This document shows positions 9,250 to 18,987 of a stretch of DNA of 64,000 nt, piece after piece. The position numbers were made by a program, and so were the translations under genes. The DNA comes from Bdellovibrionales bacterium (GTDB taxonomy: Bacteria > Pseudomonadota > Alphaproteobacteria > UBA9219). Below the pieces are notes generated by a model. It did not search any database. It was not told where the DNA came from and saw nothing but the letters and a program-made list of their open reading frames with translations. Positions within the stretch are counted from its first letter, which is position 1; each line of letters starts with the position of its first letter. The DNA is taken from positions 2,614 to 66,613 of the forward strand of contig JBAZNY010000002.1 of NCBI GenBank assembly GCA_041649025.1. Direction: 5' to 3'.

Positions 9250-11041
9250 CATAGCCGTGCCCTTTCCGGAGGTTTTGTTCTCGCGCGATGGCACGCGCTT
9301 GAGTCCTTTGTCATACGCGCTTCTGGTTTTGTTGTGCGTTATGTTTTTCATTCCCGGCATCGTTTCCATGCCGCCAACCGACCGTGATGAATCCTCGTTT
9401 GCGCAAGCCAGCAAGCAGATGATCGAGACCGGCAACTATACCGACATAAGGTTGCAGGAAAAACCGCGCTACAACAAACCCATCGGCATTTATTGGCTGC
9501 AGAGCGCGTCCGTTCGCCTTCTCAACCCGGAACATCTGGAAGAAATCTGGGCATACCGCCTTCCCTCTTTTGTGGGCGCGACTATTGCCGTTCTGATGAC
9601 TGCCGCTTTAGGAGCCTTGCTTTTTTCTCCTGTCGTCGGTTTGATGGCCGCCACGATGCTTGCGGGATGCGTTCTTCTCAACGTCGAGGCGAGGCTTGCT
9701 AAAACCGACGCCGCTTTGCTGGGATGCATTGTTACGGCGATGTATGGATTGGCTAGGGCATACATAACCCCCTCCCCTCTTCCTACTCCCCTTCCGCCTA
9801 CACCGGAAAGCTTTTGCGGACGAGTGCTCATATATTTACTGAAACCTTTTGCGAAGGCAGGCCGTAAGGGAAAAGAAATTCTTTCGCGCCTGCGCCCCTT
9901 TTTCATCCCTTTCCTGTTTTGGTCGGCAGTCGCCGTTGGCGTTCTTATCAAAGGGCCGATCATTTTTATGCCGCTCTTCGGCGTTTTGCTGTGGCTGGGG
10001 ATCAGCGATAGGAAAATTTCGTGGCTCAAGTCCCTGCGCCCTCTTTATGGCCTTGCCTATGCGCTCGCGCTGATTGCGCCCTGGTTTATCGCCATACTCA
10101 TCCAAAGCGACGGCGCTTTCGTGCAGCAGTCGGCAGGAAACGATATGCTCGCCAAAATCTGGCAGGGGCAAAATCGCGGCATGATTCCTCCCGGATTTCA
10201 TTTACTTGCCTTGCCGATTTTGTTTTTTCCCTTTGTGCTGTTTGCCGTTTTTGCCATTCCGGACATTTGGAAAAACAGGCGAGAGCCCGCCATCAAGTTT
10301 TGCCTTGGCTGGATTGTGCCGATGTGGATTGTTTTCGAGCTCTCCATGACCAAACTTCCGCACTACGTTTTACCCGCCTATCCTGCAATAGCGCTCCTGT
10401 CAGCCAAATATCTTAACGATGGCCTTTCTTCCATCACCGGTTTCAAACACCGCTTTCCGCTTACGTTGATCGTCGGCGCATGGCTCGTGATTGGAAGTGC
10501 CTTCGCTTTTATCTTCTCTTTGGTTCCTTATCTCGTAGATGATAAATTTGAAATTGCTCCAGTTGCCGCGGGCTTTGCTCTTATTCTGGCACAGGGCGGA
10601 ACGTTGATCCTTTTTCTCAAGCGAAAAATCGCAAGCTTTGCCGTTCTCACGCTTGGCAGTTTGATTTTCTTGTCGGTTACTTTCGGTTTGACCCTTCCTG
10701 GCCTTCAACACATTTGGATGTCGCGCGAAATCGTCGATGCCGTCGGCGGCGCATGGCCTTGCTTAAAGACACAGACCGTTTCCGTCGGTTATCACGAACC
10801 AAGCCTCGCCTTTATGGCCGGAACAGATACAATTATGGCCAAAACGGGAATTGAGGCCGCTAACGCATTAAAAGAAGATTCTTGCCGCGTTATCGTCATT
10901 GACGACAAGAACAAACAGGAATTCATCGACGCCTTCGCCAAGGAAAAGAGAAAGCCGCAAGAAGCCGGAAAAATCGACGGCCTTAACTCAGGCCGCGGCA
11001 GGCAAACGCTGTTGACGGTTTTTGTCCGGCCAACGCCATAG
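9242..11041 (+). CDS. ArnT-like / GT39-GT83 family polyprenyl-phosphate-dependent glycosyltransferase
   Basis: The N-terminal loop has DRDESSFAQASKQMIETGNYTDIRLQEKPRYNKPIGIYWLQ, characteristic of the ArnT/PMT superfamily, followed by more than 10 TM segments. Start refined to the ATG at 9242, which overlaps the upstream stop. Confidence 0.8.
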   Translation: MLNIAVPFPEVLFSRDGTRLSPLSYALLVLLCVMFFIPGIVSMPPTDRDESSFAQASKQMIETGNYTDIRLQEKPRYNKPIGIYWLQSASVRLLNPEHLEEIWAYRLPSFVGATIAVLMTAALGALLFSPVVGLMAATMLAGCVLLNVEARLAKTDAALLGCIVTAMYGLARAYITPSPLPTPLPPTPESFCGRVLIYLLKPFAKAGRKGKEILSRLRPFFIPFLFWSAVAVGVLIKGPIIFMPLFGVLLWLGISDRKISWLKSLRPLYGLAYALALIAPWFIAILIQSDGAFVQQSAGNDMLAKIWQGQNRGMIPPGFHLLALPILFFPFVLFAVFAIPDIWKNRREPAIKFCLGWIVPMWIVFELSMTKLPHYVLPAYPAIALLSAKYLNDGLSSITGFKHRFPLTLIVGAWLVIGSAFAFIFSLVPYLVDDKFEIAPVAAGFALILAQGGTLILFLKRKIASFAVLTLGSLIFLSVTFGLTLPGLQHIWMSREIVDAVGGAWPCLKTQTVSVGYHEPSLAFMAGTDTIMAKTGIEAANALKEDSCRVIVIDDKNKQEFIDAFAKEKRKPQEAGKIDGLNSGRGRQTLLTVFVRPTP

Positions 11042-11054
11042 GGAGAGACCGGGA

Positions 11055-11738
11055 ATGACGCCCAAAAAAGGCATAGCGATAGCTTTTGTTTTTCTGATTT
11101 TTGAAGCCACGTTGTTTTTATTTGTCGACAAGCCGTTGGCGGAATATATGCGCGCGCTCGACGAAACATCCCGAAGTCTTATTGATTTTTTCCGCGCCAT
11201 CACCGATTTCGGCAAGGGCGCCTGGTATTTATGGCCTTGCGGTCTTGCCACTCTTTTTTGCGCCTTTTTGTCGCGCGGGAGCGATGTTCCTGTCCGTTAT
11301 CGCCGATTGTCCGGGTATATCGGCGTGCGCGCGTTTTTTCTTTTCGCGACCATCGGCATTTCCGGAATCGTCGCCAACATCATCAAGCCCCTCGCGGGAC
11401 GAGCGCGGCCCCTTTTGTGGCTGCGGGACGGACTCTACGGCTTTGAGCCCTTCACGATGCTGAATTCCTTATGGAACGGCATGCCTTCGGGCCACTCGAC
11501 GACCGCCTTTGCCTTGGCTTTCAGCTTGGCCTTTCTATACCCCCGCGGGCGAATTATTTGGTTTTCATACGCCTTTTTGCTGAGCCTTAGCCGTATTATG
11601 GTAAACGCCCATTATCTTTCAGATATATGCGCTGGAGCGATGCTGGCTTGGTTAACGGTCGGGCTTTTTAAGCGGCATGGGATGGGTCTCCTCTCCAAGA
11701 TTATTTTTCCCATTGACATTTCAAAAAAAATGCAGTAG
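11055..11738 (+). CDS. PAP2-family phosphatase (LpxE/LpxF-like candidate)
   Basis: All three PAP2 motifs are present: KPLAGRARP, PSGHS and SRIMVNAHYLSD. Start refined to the ATG at 11055. Confidence 0.8.
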   Translation: MTPKKGIAIAFVFLIFEATLFLFVDKPLAEYMRALDETSRSLIDFFRAITDFGKGAWYLWPCGLATLFCAFLSRGSDVPVRYRRLSGYIGVRAFFLFATIGISGIVANIIKPLAGRARPLLWLRDGLYGFEPFTMLNSLWNGMPSGHSTTAFALAFSLAFLYPRGRIIWFSYAFLLSLSRIMVNAHYLSDICAGAMLAWLTVGLFKRHGMGLLSKIIFPIDISKKMQ

Positions 11739-11747
11739 GATATTTCC

Positions 11748-12242
11748 ATGACAAAAGAAAAAGAAAATACCGCTCCCGAGTGGGTAAGCAATTTGCGCCG
11801 CTTGATGGACGAACAAGGGTTAAATCCGCGTAAGTTATCTTTGCTTGCCGGCCTTAACGCCACCGCTGTGCGCGATATGATTGAGGGTCGTTCGCACTTC
11901 CCCCGCTATGACACGGTTCAGTCACTCGCCGATGTTTTAGGCACGACTCCCGCGATGCTGATGAGCAGCAAGAAAACCGGCGCAGAAATTCAAACCAAGG
12001 GCGCACCGTTCGGCCACAATATCGAGATATTAGCCGAAATCATCGCGCGCTTGCAGGAAACGGCCAGCGACCTGGGACGCGAGCTTACTCCGCGCGAATT
12101 TGCCGCCATGTCGGCAACGATTTATCGCCGCCTGCAAGAGTCTTCAGGCGACCTGTCGCCCAAGAACCAGATCATTGCCATTAAGCCGCAGGTCTATGAC
12201 TTGCTTGAATACGAAACGCTGCGCCGCAAACGCGGAAAGTAG
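11748..12242 (+). CDS. XRE-family helix-turn-helix transcriptional regulator
   Basis: The N-terminal HTH region is LRRLMDEQGLNPRKLSLLAGLNATAVRDMIEGRSHFPRYDTVQSLADVLG. Confidence 0.8.
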   Translation: MTKEKENTAPEWVSNLRRLMDEQGLNPRKLSLLAGLNATAVRDMIEGRSHFPRYDTVQSLADVLGTTPAMLMSSKKTGAEIQTKGAPFGHNIEILAEIIARLQETASDLGRELTPREFAAMSATIYRRLQESSGDLSPKNQIIAIKPQVYDLLEYETLRRKRGK

Positions 12243-12429
12243 GGAAGGTTTTGACCCACCCATTAGAGGCAACTAACTAACAAATTTGGTTGATGCACCG
12301 CAGAAAATTATACTTAACTGCACAAAATATAAATTAGTTTCGCAAGCACGTGATACAATCGCGCATAGAACGAAAACACATTTTTTTACAACTCTTTCTT
12401 GTAAGTTTTTTCGGCGAGCGGATATTAAA

Positions 12430-12801
12430 ATGGAAGACAAAGGCGAAAAAATTATTTTTCTGGCGCGTGAATTACTCGAATCCAACGCCGTGGAAGCCCC
12501 TGTCGTTAAAAAATCGATCAACATCACGATGTCATTTAAGACATTGTGTTTTACCACCCTGCTCGCCGCCACTGGCGGAAACGTGATTTCCACTTATGTT
12601 CATGAACAAAGCCGCCCTTTAAACCGGTATGAAAAAGTCGAGCTTCAGGCTTTGGTCTACTATGCCGCGAAAATACACGGCATCAGCGAGTCTTTTTTGC
12701 GCGAAGACGTCGAAAGGCAAGTCGGCGTTGACCATTTCGACGATATGACCGCTAAGGATTTCCTTACCGCCCGCCGCTATTTGCAAGAAAAAGCGCAGTA
12801 A
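12430..12801 (+). CDS. hypothetical protein
   Basis: Start placed at the first ATG (MEDKGEK, 12430); the ORF track begins at a TTG at 12286. No recognisable domain. Confidence 0.4.
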   Translation: MEDKGEKIIFLARELLESNAVEAPVVKKSINITMSFKTLCFTTLLAATGGNVISTYVHEQSRPLNRYEKVELQALVYYAAKIHGISESFLREDVERQVGVDHFDDMTAKDFLTARRYLQEKAQ

Positions 12802-12855
12802 AATCATAAATCGGCTATAAATAACGCGACTCACCTGCAGCTCATCGGGGATAGC

Positions 12856-14046
12856 GTGGACTCGTCCATTTTCACTTTTCTTTTCGGCATGATCGTCGGC
12901 GGCGGCGGCGTTTGGCTTATCCTGCGCTCGCGTCAGGGTTCGGAAACCCAGTGGAGCGACAAGTTCAGCTCGATTGCCGCCGAAGTCCTGCGTCAAAGTC
13001 ATGAAAGCTTTTTGCATCTGGCCGAAGGCCGCTTGAAACAAAGCGAGATCGCCGCCGCCGCGACCCTCGACAAAAAGTCCGCCGCTATCGACGAGATGAT
13101 CAAACCCGTCAAGGAAACCTTGGGCAAGATGGATGCTCAACTCAAAGAACTCGGGGTCATGGGAAACGGTGCCTATAAAGGATTGATGCAAGCCGTATCG
13201 ATGTCGAACGAGACCCAGCAGAAATTGAGCCATGAAACCAGCCAGCTCATGCAAGCCCTGCGCACGCCGACGACGCGCGGGCAATGGGGCGAAAATCAGG
13301 TGCGTCGTATTCTTGAAATGATGGGTATGGCGGAGCACACCTCCGATTTTTCTTCGCAGCATCATGTGGCGGGTGAAGACGGGGGCGTGCGGCCCGATTA
13401 TGTCGTGAGACTTCCCGGAAAGCATTGCATCATTATCGACAGCAAGGTTCCGCTGACTTCCATCCTCGATAGCGCGCAAAGCAGCGATGCGGGTGTCAAA
13501 CAAGCCGCGATGGAAAAACACTCGAAGCAGGTGCGCGATCATATCCGCGCCTTAAGCTCTAAAGCTTATTGGGACCAGATCGACGGCTCGGCAAATTTTG
13601 TCGTTCTGTTTATACCGGGAAATCTTTTGTCGGGTGCGCTCGAATGCGATCCGGACTTATTTGAATTCGGCACCAAACATAAAGTAATCCTTGCCTCCCC
13701 AACGACGCTTGTCGCTTTGCTGCATATCGTCGCGTTGAACTGGCAACAGGACAATTTGCGCGAAAACTCGGAAAAACTAGGCGCACTCGGCGGAGAATTG
13801 TATGCGGCTCTTGCCACAATGGCGGGTTACGTTTCAGAAATGGGAAGCAAACTTACAAGCAGCATTGACTCCTACAACAAGATGATCGGAAGCCTTGAAC
13901 ACAATGTGTTGAGCAAAGCCCGCCGGATGCGAGAGCTTGGCGCAAAGAAGGAAGGGAAAGAGCTTCCCGATGATTTGGAGATTATCGACAAACAACCGCG
14001 CTCTTTACAAGCCCTTGAAAGCCAAGATAAAGAAGACGCGGCTTAA
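12856..14046 (+). CDS. rmuC: DNA recombination protein RmuC
   Basis: Has an N-terminal TM segment, a long coiled coil and a C-terminal RmuC nuclease-like region (RPDYVVRLPGKHCIIIDSKVPL ... VVLFIPG). GTG start. Confidence 0.88.
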   Translation: MDSSIFTFLFGMIVGGGGVWLILRSRQGSETQWSDKFSSIAAEVLRQSHESFLHLAEGRLKQSEIAAAATLDKKSAAIDEMIKPVKETLGKMDAQLKELGVMGNGAYKGLMQAVSMSNETQQKLSHETSQLMQALRTPTTRGQWGENQVRRILEMMGMAEHTSDFSSQHHVAGEDGGVRPDYVVRLPGKHCIIIDSKVPLTSILDSAQSSDAGVKQAAMEKHSKQVRDHIRALSSKAYWDQIDGSANFVVLFIPGNLLSGALECDPDLFEFGTKHKVILASPTTLVALLHIVALNWQQDNLRENSEKLGALGGELYAALATMAGYVSEMGSKLTSSIDSYNKMIGSLEHNVLSKARRMRELGAKKEGKELPDDLEIIDKQPRSLQALESQDKEDAA

Positions 14047-14091
14047 CGCAAGTATTTGCCCCAAGAGCCGCAATCGTATATTGAAGCCGCT

Positions 14092-14622
14092 ATGACAAAA
14101 CTGACTATCCAAACCATTCCCGCCGACGTGTTGCGCAAAGTGGCGCAGCCCGTCGCGGGCGTCGATAAAAACGTCGCCTCCTTTATGGAAGCGCTGGCCG
14201 AAGCCATGTACAGAGGCAACGGCATCGGATTGGCTGCCAATCAAGTGGGTTCGCTGAGCCGCGTTATTGCCATCGACACATCGGAAGAACGCAACGGCAA
14301 GAATGCGTTGCTGATGGCAAATCCGGAAATTATTTGGAGCGAGCCTGAAGAATTTTTCATTTATAACGAAGGCTGCCTCTCCATTCCCAGCCACTATGCC
14401 GATGTGAAGCGCCCCAAGCGCATTCGCATGGCTTACGTCGATCAACACGGGAAAAAACAGGAGTTGGAGGCCGAGGATTTGCTGAGCCAATGCATTCAGC
14501 ATGAAATCGACCATCTGGATGGGATTTTGTTCATCGACCATATCTCGAAGCTCAAGCGCGACATGATCCTGCGTAAAATCGAGAAGGAAAGAAAAGAGCA
14601 AGAAGACGGACATATTTTGTGA
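14092..14622 (+). CDS. def: peptide deformylase
   Basis: All three Def motifs are present: [15 protein letters not shown] and QHEIDHLDG. Start refined to the ATG at 14092. Confidence 0.93.
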   Translation: MTKLTIQTIPADVLRKVAQPVAGVDKNVASFMEALAEAMYRGNGIGLAANQVGSLSRVIAIDTSEERNGKNALLMANPEIIWSEPEEFFIYNEGCLSIPSHYADVKRPKRIRMAYVDQHGKKQELEAEDLLSQCIQHEIDHLDGILFIDHISKLKRDMILRKIEKERKEQEDGHIL

Positions 14623-15563
14623 GTTTCATGACAATGACTTCCTCTCCTCTTCACATAGCCTTTATGGGAACGCCGGACTTTGCCGTCGCGGCACTGAAGG
14701 CTTTGCATGATGCAGGACACACCATCGTTGCCGTTTATTGCCAGCCGCCAAAACCCGCAGGGCGCGGGCAACAGGTTCAAAAGACGCCCGTGCAGATTGC
14801 CGCCGAAGAAATGGGAATTGAGGTGCGGACGCCAAAGACGTTCCGCGATGCGGATGAGCATAAAAAATTCGCGGATTTGAATCTCGACGTCGCGGTTGTG
14901 GCTGCATACGGGCTTATCCTGCCGCAGGCGGTTCTGGACGCGCCCAAGTATGGCTGCATTAATATTCACGGTTCTTTGTTGCCGCGTTGGCGCGGGGCCG
15001 CGCCCATTCAACGCGCCCTTCTGGCGGGCGACTCTGAGAGCGGCATCACGATCATGCAGATGGATAAAGGCATGGATACCGGCGCGATGCTGATGAAGGG
15101 AAGCGTTCCGATCACCAACAAAACAACAGCGGAAAGTCTGCACGATGCGTTGGCCGATGTTGGGGCAAAACTGATTGTCCGCACGCTGGCGGATTTGGCC
15201 GCAGGCAAGCTGAACCCGACACCGCAACCCGAAGAGGGTGTGACGTATGCCGCCAAGCTGACGCGCGAGGACGGCAGGATCGATTGGTTGAAGCCGGCTT
15301 CTGATATCGAGATTCAGGTTCGCGCGTTAACACCCTGGCCGGGCTGTTTCTTTACGTTGAAGGGCGAGATTATAAAAGTGCTCGCGGCGACGATTGTTCC
15401 GGACAAAAAAGGCGCTGCCGGAACGCTGCTAGACGACCAATTCTCCGTTGCCTGCGGCGCTCAGGCGCTCAGGCTCGATGTCGTGCAGCGCGCGGGCAAA
15501 AACGCGGCGGATGGCGCTTCGGTATTGCGCGGGATGCGATTGAAAGTTGGGACGAAGCTGTAA
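14619..15563 (+). CDS. fmt: methionyl-tRNA formyltransferase
   Basis: Contains [30 protein letters not shown] and the classic def-fmt arrangement. The GTG at 14619 overlaps the def stop as GTGA; ATGs at 14628 and 14634 are alternatives. Confidence 0.93.
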   Translation: MSFMTMTSSPLHIAFMGTPDFAVAALKALHDAGHTIVAVYCQPPKPAGRGQQVQKTPVQIAAEEMGIEVRTPKTFRDADEHKKFADLNLDVAVVAAYGLILPQAVLDAPKYGCINIHGSLLPRWRGAAPIQRALLAGDSESGITIMQMDKGMDTGAMLMKGSVPITNKTTAESLHDALADVGAKLIVRTLADLAAGKLNPTPQPEEGVTYAAKLTREDGRIDWLKPASDIEIQVRALTPWPGCFFTLKGEIIKVLAATIVPDKKGAAGTLLDDQFSVACGAQALRLDVVQRAGKNAADGASVLRGMRLKVGTKL

Positions 15564-15594
15564 GTTACCCCGTTTAGGATTAGCCTAACCGATG

Positions 15595-15670
15595 ACCCCT
15601 CCCCTCGCGCTACTACAACTGCCGTACTTGTGGTAGTTGTCGTTTCGCGCCTCCCTCAAGGGGAGGGGAA
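15595..15670. repeat. GC-rich palindromic intergenic element (CCCCTCCCC ... GGGGAGGGG)
   Basis: The outer arms CCCCTCCCC and GGGGAGGGG enclose an imperfect inner palindrome (CTACTACAA ... TTGTGGTAG). The same arm motif recurs at 38708-38750. Confidence 0.6.
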
Positions 15671-15689
15671 TACAGATGGATTGATAACT

Positions 15690-16436
15690 ATGACACGGTG
15701 GAAACTGACAATCGAATACGACGGCGCGGATTATTCCGGGTGGCAAAAACAGGCCAATTCGCCTTCCGTTCAGCAGACTCTTGAAGAAGCCATTCAAAAA
15801 TTCTCAAGCGAAGAAGCCGCGACGTTTGTGGCGGGACGCACCGATGCGGGCGTTCATGCACGCGCGCAGGTCGCACATGTTGATTTGCAAAAAGAAACGA
15901 ACGGCGACGTGATACGCGACGCGGTTAATTTTTATCTCCGTCCGCATAAAATCGCGATTTTGAAAGCGGAAGCGGTTGATGAAACATTCAATGCGCGGAC
16001 AAGCGCCATCCAGCGCAGTTACCGCTATCGCATCATCAATCGCCGCCCGCCTTTGACGTTTCAATCCAAATATGCGTGGCATATCGTCAATCCTCTCGAT
16101 ATCGACGTCATGCAACGCGCCGCGGATATTCTTATCGGCAAACATGACTTTTCGACCTTTCGCGCCGCCAATTGCCAAGCCAATTCGCCTCTTCGCACTT
16201 TGGACAGGCTTGATGTGACGCGCGAAGGAGACGAGGTTTATATCGAAGCCGCCGCACGATCGTTCCTCTACCATCAGGTTCGCAACATGGCCGGTACGTT
16301 GTGCTTTGTCGGTACGGGGAATTGGTCGCTTGAAGATTTCCGCGTCGCTTTTGCCGCCTGCGACAGAACAAAGGGTGGCCCCACAGCCCCCGCCGAGGGT
16401 TTGTACTTCTGGGGCGTAAGTTATCCACAGAAATAG
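15690..16436 (+). CDS. truA: tRNA pseudouridine(38-40) synthase
   Basis: The product begins MTRWKLTIEYDGADYSGWQKQ and contains AGRTDAGVHA with the catalytic Asp. Start refined to the ATG at 15690. Confidence 0.93.
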   Translation: MTRWKLTIEYDGADYSGWQKQANSPSVQQTLEEAIQKFSSEEAATFVAGRTDAGVHARAQVAHVDLQKETNGDVIRDAVNFYLRPHKIAILKAEAVDETFNARTSAIQRSYRYRIINRRPPLTFQSKYAWHIVNPLDIDVMQRAADILIGKHDFSTFRAANCQANSPLRTLDRLDVTREGDEVYIEAAARSFLYHQVRNMAGTLCFVGTGNWSLEDFRVAFAACDRTKGGPTAPAEGLYFWGVSYPQK

Positions 16437-16546
16437 TGACTTATCCACAGGCTCGGCATTCAAACATCGTTTTGATTTCAAAACAACTCATAATAGAAGA
16501 GTACTGCACACGTTCGTGTTACAATACTCCTTTATAGTTAATTTCC

Positions 16547-18328
16547 ATGAGTCTGCGGCGTTTTTCTTATCTATTGCTTCTGTTCTTTCCCCTGCTCGCC
16601 ATTCAGGGGTGTTCGCCTTCGGCTGAGCTTTTCGCGACAAACGCTATCGATCCAACGGGTGGTTTGGAGCGCGAAGATTATCTTGCTTTACGAGAGCGCA
16701 CACAGCCGGATGCCGAAAGGTCTTCTCAAAAAGCGGGCATTCCTCCTATTCCGAAAATGCCCGGCGAGGATTCAGACACGCCTTCGGATTCCCCTTTGCA
16801 TAAATTGGTCAGCATCACGGTCACCGACAGCGTTCCCGTGCGCGACGTGCTGATGGAACTCGTTCACAAAACGGGCGCAAATCTCCAGCTCGATCCGCGC
16901 GTGCAGGGAAGCGTCATCATCACGGCGAACAATCAGCCTTTCGAACAGGTTCTGAGGCGTATTTGCGCGCTTGCCAATCTGCGTTACACGGCGGACGACT
17001 CATTCATTTATATAAAGCCGGACGAACCGTATCAGAAATCCTATCGTCTTGATTATCTGAGCCTCGCGCGAAAAGCATCGAGCGACACCTCCATTTCCAC
17101 AAACGTCTTCGACATCGACGTCAATACGGGCAGCTCGAACGGCGCAGCAAGCAACCGGAGTTCTTCCGCTGCCGAGAATAATTCGACGGCTAAAGTTTCC
17201 GGCGTTTCGGATGCCGATTTTTGGGCGGAGACGGAAAGATCGCTCGCGCAAATCTTGGGTTCTGGCGAGCGTAAAACAAACGGAAAAACGAATTTCAGCA
17301 TCAATAAGCAGGCCGGGATCGTGACGGTTTTTGCCGATCAGAAGCAGCAAGACGCCGTGGCAAGCTATTTTACCGAATTGCGCCGGAAATCTTCCGCACA
17401 GGTGCTTATCGATGCGCGGATCATCGAGGTCGAATTGGATGAGTCTTATCAGTCGGGTATCGATTGGACGGGCCTATTTAAAAACAATCTCACTCTGGGG
17501 AACGAAATCGCGCTTGCGTCGAATTTCGGCACCGAGCATCCCTTTAACGCGAACGGCGTTTTTACCGCCGGCCTTGCCGGAGGGAGTTTCGGCGGCATTA
17601 TCAATCTGGTTCAAACCTTCGGCACGACGCGGGTTTTGTCCGCGCCGCGCGTAACCGTTTTGAATAATCAGACCGCCGTTATGAAGGTTGCCACCAATCA
17701 GGTTTATTTTGTCACGCAAGCGCAATTTACGACAACGACAAACGCGAGCGGCGCCTCGATCACGACCAATCCCGTTTATTCCAGCACGCCCAGAACGGTT
17801 CCCGTCGGCCTTGTCATGACGGTGCAGCCTTCCATCGACGCCAAGAATAACCGCGTCACCATGACGTTGCGCCCCACCATCTCGCGCGTCGTGGGACAAG
17901 TCGACGATCCTTCTATCGGCCTCAACGCCGCCGTCGCGGGAGTCGCCAGCGCCGTGAAGTCGCAAATCCCCGTTCTAGCCGTGCGCGAAATGGATTCCGT
18001 CATTCAGCTTCAGTCCGGCGAAATCGCCGTTATGGGCGGGCTGATGCAGGACAGCTCGATCAACGAAGATCAGGGTGTTCCCGGGCTCGCCGATATTTCA
18101 TGGATCGGAAATCTTTTCAAGTCGCGCAACAATCAAGGCAGGACCAGCGAATTGGTCATTTTATTGCGCGCGACCATTGCCGATCAACCTGCGCCCGACG
18201 GCGCTGACGGCAGCCTTTATTATAATTACAACCGCGATCCGCGTCCGGTGAAATTGCCGCGCAACCCGCCGGCCCTTTCGCTCGATGACGATGACGACCT
18301 AATTTCAGACGACGATTCAACCTCATGA
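16547..18328 (+). CDS. secretin (MshL/PilQ/GspD family) with a lipoprotein signal
   Basis: Has a lipobox LLAIQG-C. The secretin core has VLSAPRVTVLNNQTAVMKV and IPVLAVREMDS...GVPGLADISWIGNLFKSRNN...SELVILLRATI. The C-terminal tail is acidic (DDDDDLISDDD). Confidence 0.9.
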   Translation: MSLRRFSYLLLLFFPLLAIQGCSPSAELFATNAIDPTGGLEREDYLALRERTQPDAERSSQKAGIPPIPKMPGEDSDTPSDSPLHKLVSITVTDSVPVRDVLMELVHKTGANLQLDPRVQGSVIITANNQPFEQVLRRICALANLRYTADDSFIYIKPDEPYQKSYRLDYLSLARKASSDTSISTNVFDIDVNTGSSNGAASNRSSSAAENNSTAKVSGVSDADFWAETERSLAQILGSGERKTNGKTNFSINKQAGIVTVFADQKQQDAVASYFTELRRKSSAQVLIDARIIEVELDESYQSGIDWTGLFKNNLTLGNEIALASNFGTEHPFNANGVFTAGLAGGSFGGIINLVQTFGTTRVLSAPRVTVLNNQTAVMKVATNQVYFVTQAQFTTTTNASGASITTNPVYSSTPRTVPVGLVMTVQPSIDAKNNRVTMTLRPTISRVVGQVDDPSIGLNAAVAGVASAVKSQIPVLAVREMDSVIQLQSGEIAVMGGLMQDSSINEDQGVPGLADISWIGNLFKSRNNQGRTSELVILLRATIADQPAPDGADGSLYYNYNRDPRPVKLPRNPPALSLDDDDDLISDDDSTS

Positions 18329-18338
18329 ATGGAGATCT

Positions 18339-18977
18339 ATGATGATGAAAAAGAGCACCCCTCAAGCCGGTTTTACTTTGGTCGAACTCTCGATCGTTCT
18401 TGTCGTTATCGGCCTGATTATCGGCGGCGTTTTGTCGGGCAAGCAAATCATGCTCAATGCGCAAGTCACGAACGTCGCCAACGCCATCCAAGCCTTTCAA
18501 GCCCAGTTCCAGACCTATGTGCAAAACTACGGCGCAATGCCCGGCGACGATGCAACGGCGAAAGAGCGTTTTTCCAGCGCAGGAATTCCGGCCAACACGA
18601 CCAACAGCAACGGCAGATTAGATGATGATGTGTCTTTCGATAGCACGACGGATAATGTCGAAACCCGCCTGTTGTGGGCCGATATGCGCGGCGCGGGGCT
18701 TGTCAAAGGCGCGGGCAGCAACCAAAACCAGCCGACGACTCCTTTCGGCGGCGTTTATGGCTTTCAGAACGGCGCGTTTACCGGAACGGCTTCTTTCACG
18801 ACCAATGTCTTGTGCCTGAGCGCTGTCCCCGGCGACGCTGCCGGGTCTATCGACTCGCGCCTTGACGACGGCGTGCGCAATACCGGCTCCATCATGGCGT
18901 CCGACAGCACAACAAGCGCCGTCGAGGGAGCCACTTACGACTCCGCCAAGACTTATGTGATGTGCTCGAAGCTGTAA
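18339..18977 (+). CDS. type IV prepilin/pseudopilin (212 aa)
   Basis: Has the prepilin leader and methylation motif MMMKKSTPQAG/FTLVELSIVLVVIGLIIGGV, with Gly at -1, Phe at +1 and Glu at +5. Confidence 0.85.
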   Translation: MMMKKSTPQAGFTLVELSIVLVVIGLIIGGVLSGKQIMLNAQVTNVANAIQAFQAQFQTYVQNYGAMPGDDATAKERFSSAGIPANTTNSNGRLDDDVSFDSTTDNVETRLLWADMRGAGLVKGAGSNQNQPTTPFGGVYGFQNGAFTGTASFTTNVLCLSAVPGDAAGSIDSRLDDGVRNTGSIMASDSTTSAVEGATYDSAKTYVMCSKL

Positions 18978-18987
18978 GGAGCTGTCG

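Noticed and set aside
12619-13542. 307-aa minus-strand ORF opposite rmuC. Similar long antisense ORFs occur at 5811-6617 and 5636-6382 (opposite murA), 35344-36156 (opposite lon), 46827-47756 (opposite ispA), 48767-49552 (opposite glyA), 14496-15227 (opposite def/fmt), 15804-16481 (opposite truA), 27279-28076 (opposite the FadB-like gene) and 20529-21125 (opposite the ATPase).
   Set aside because: Each lies fully inside a gene whose product has unambiguous family motifs on the other strand. Their translations are Arg/Ala/Gly-rich and low in complexity, typical of shadow ORFs in moderately GC-rich DNA.
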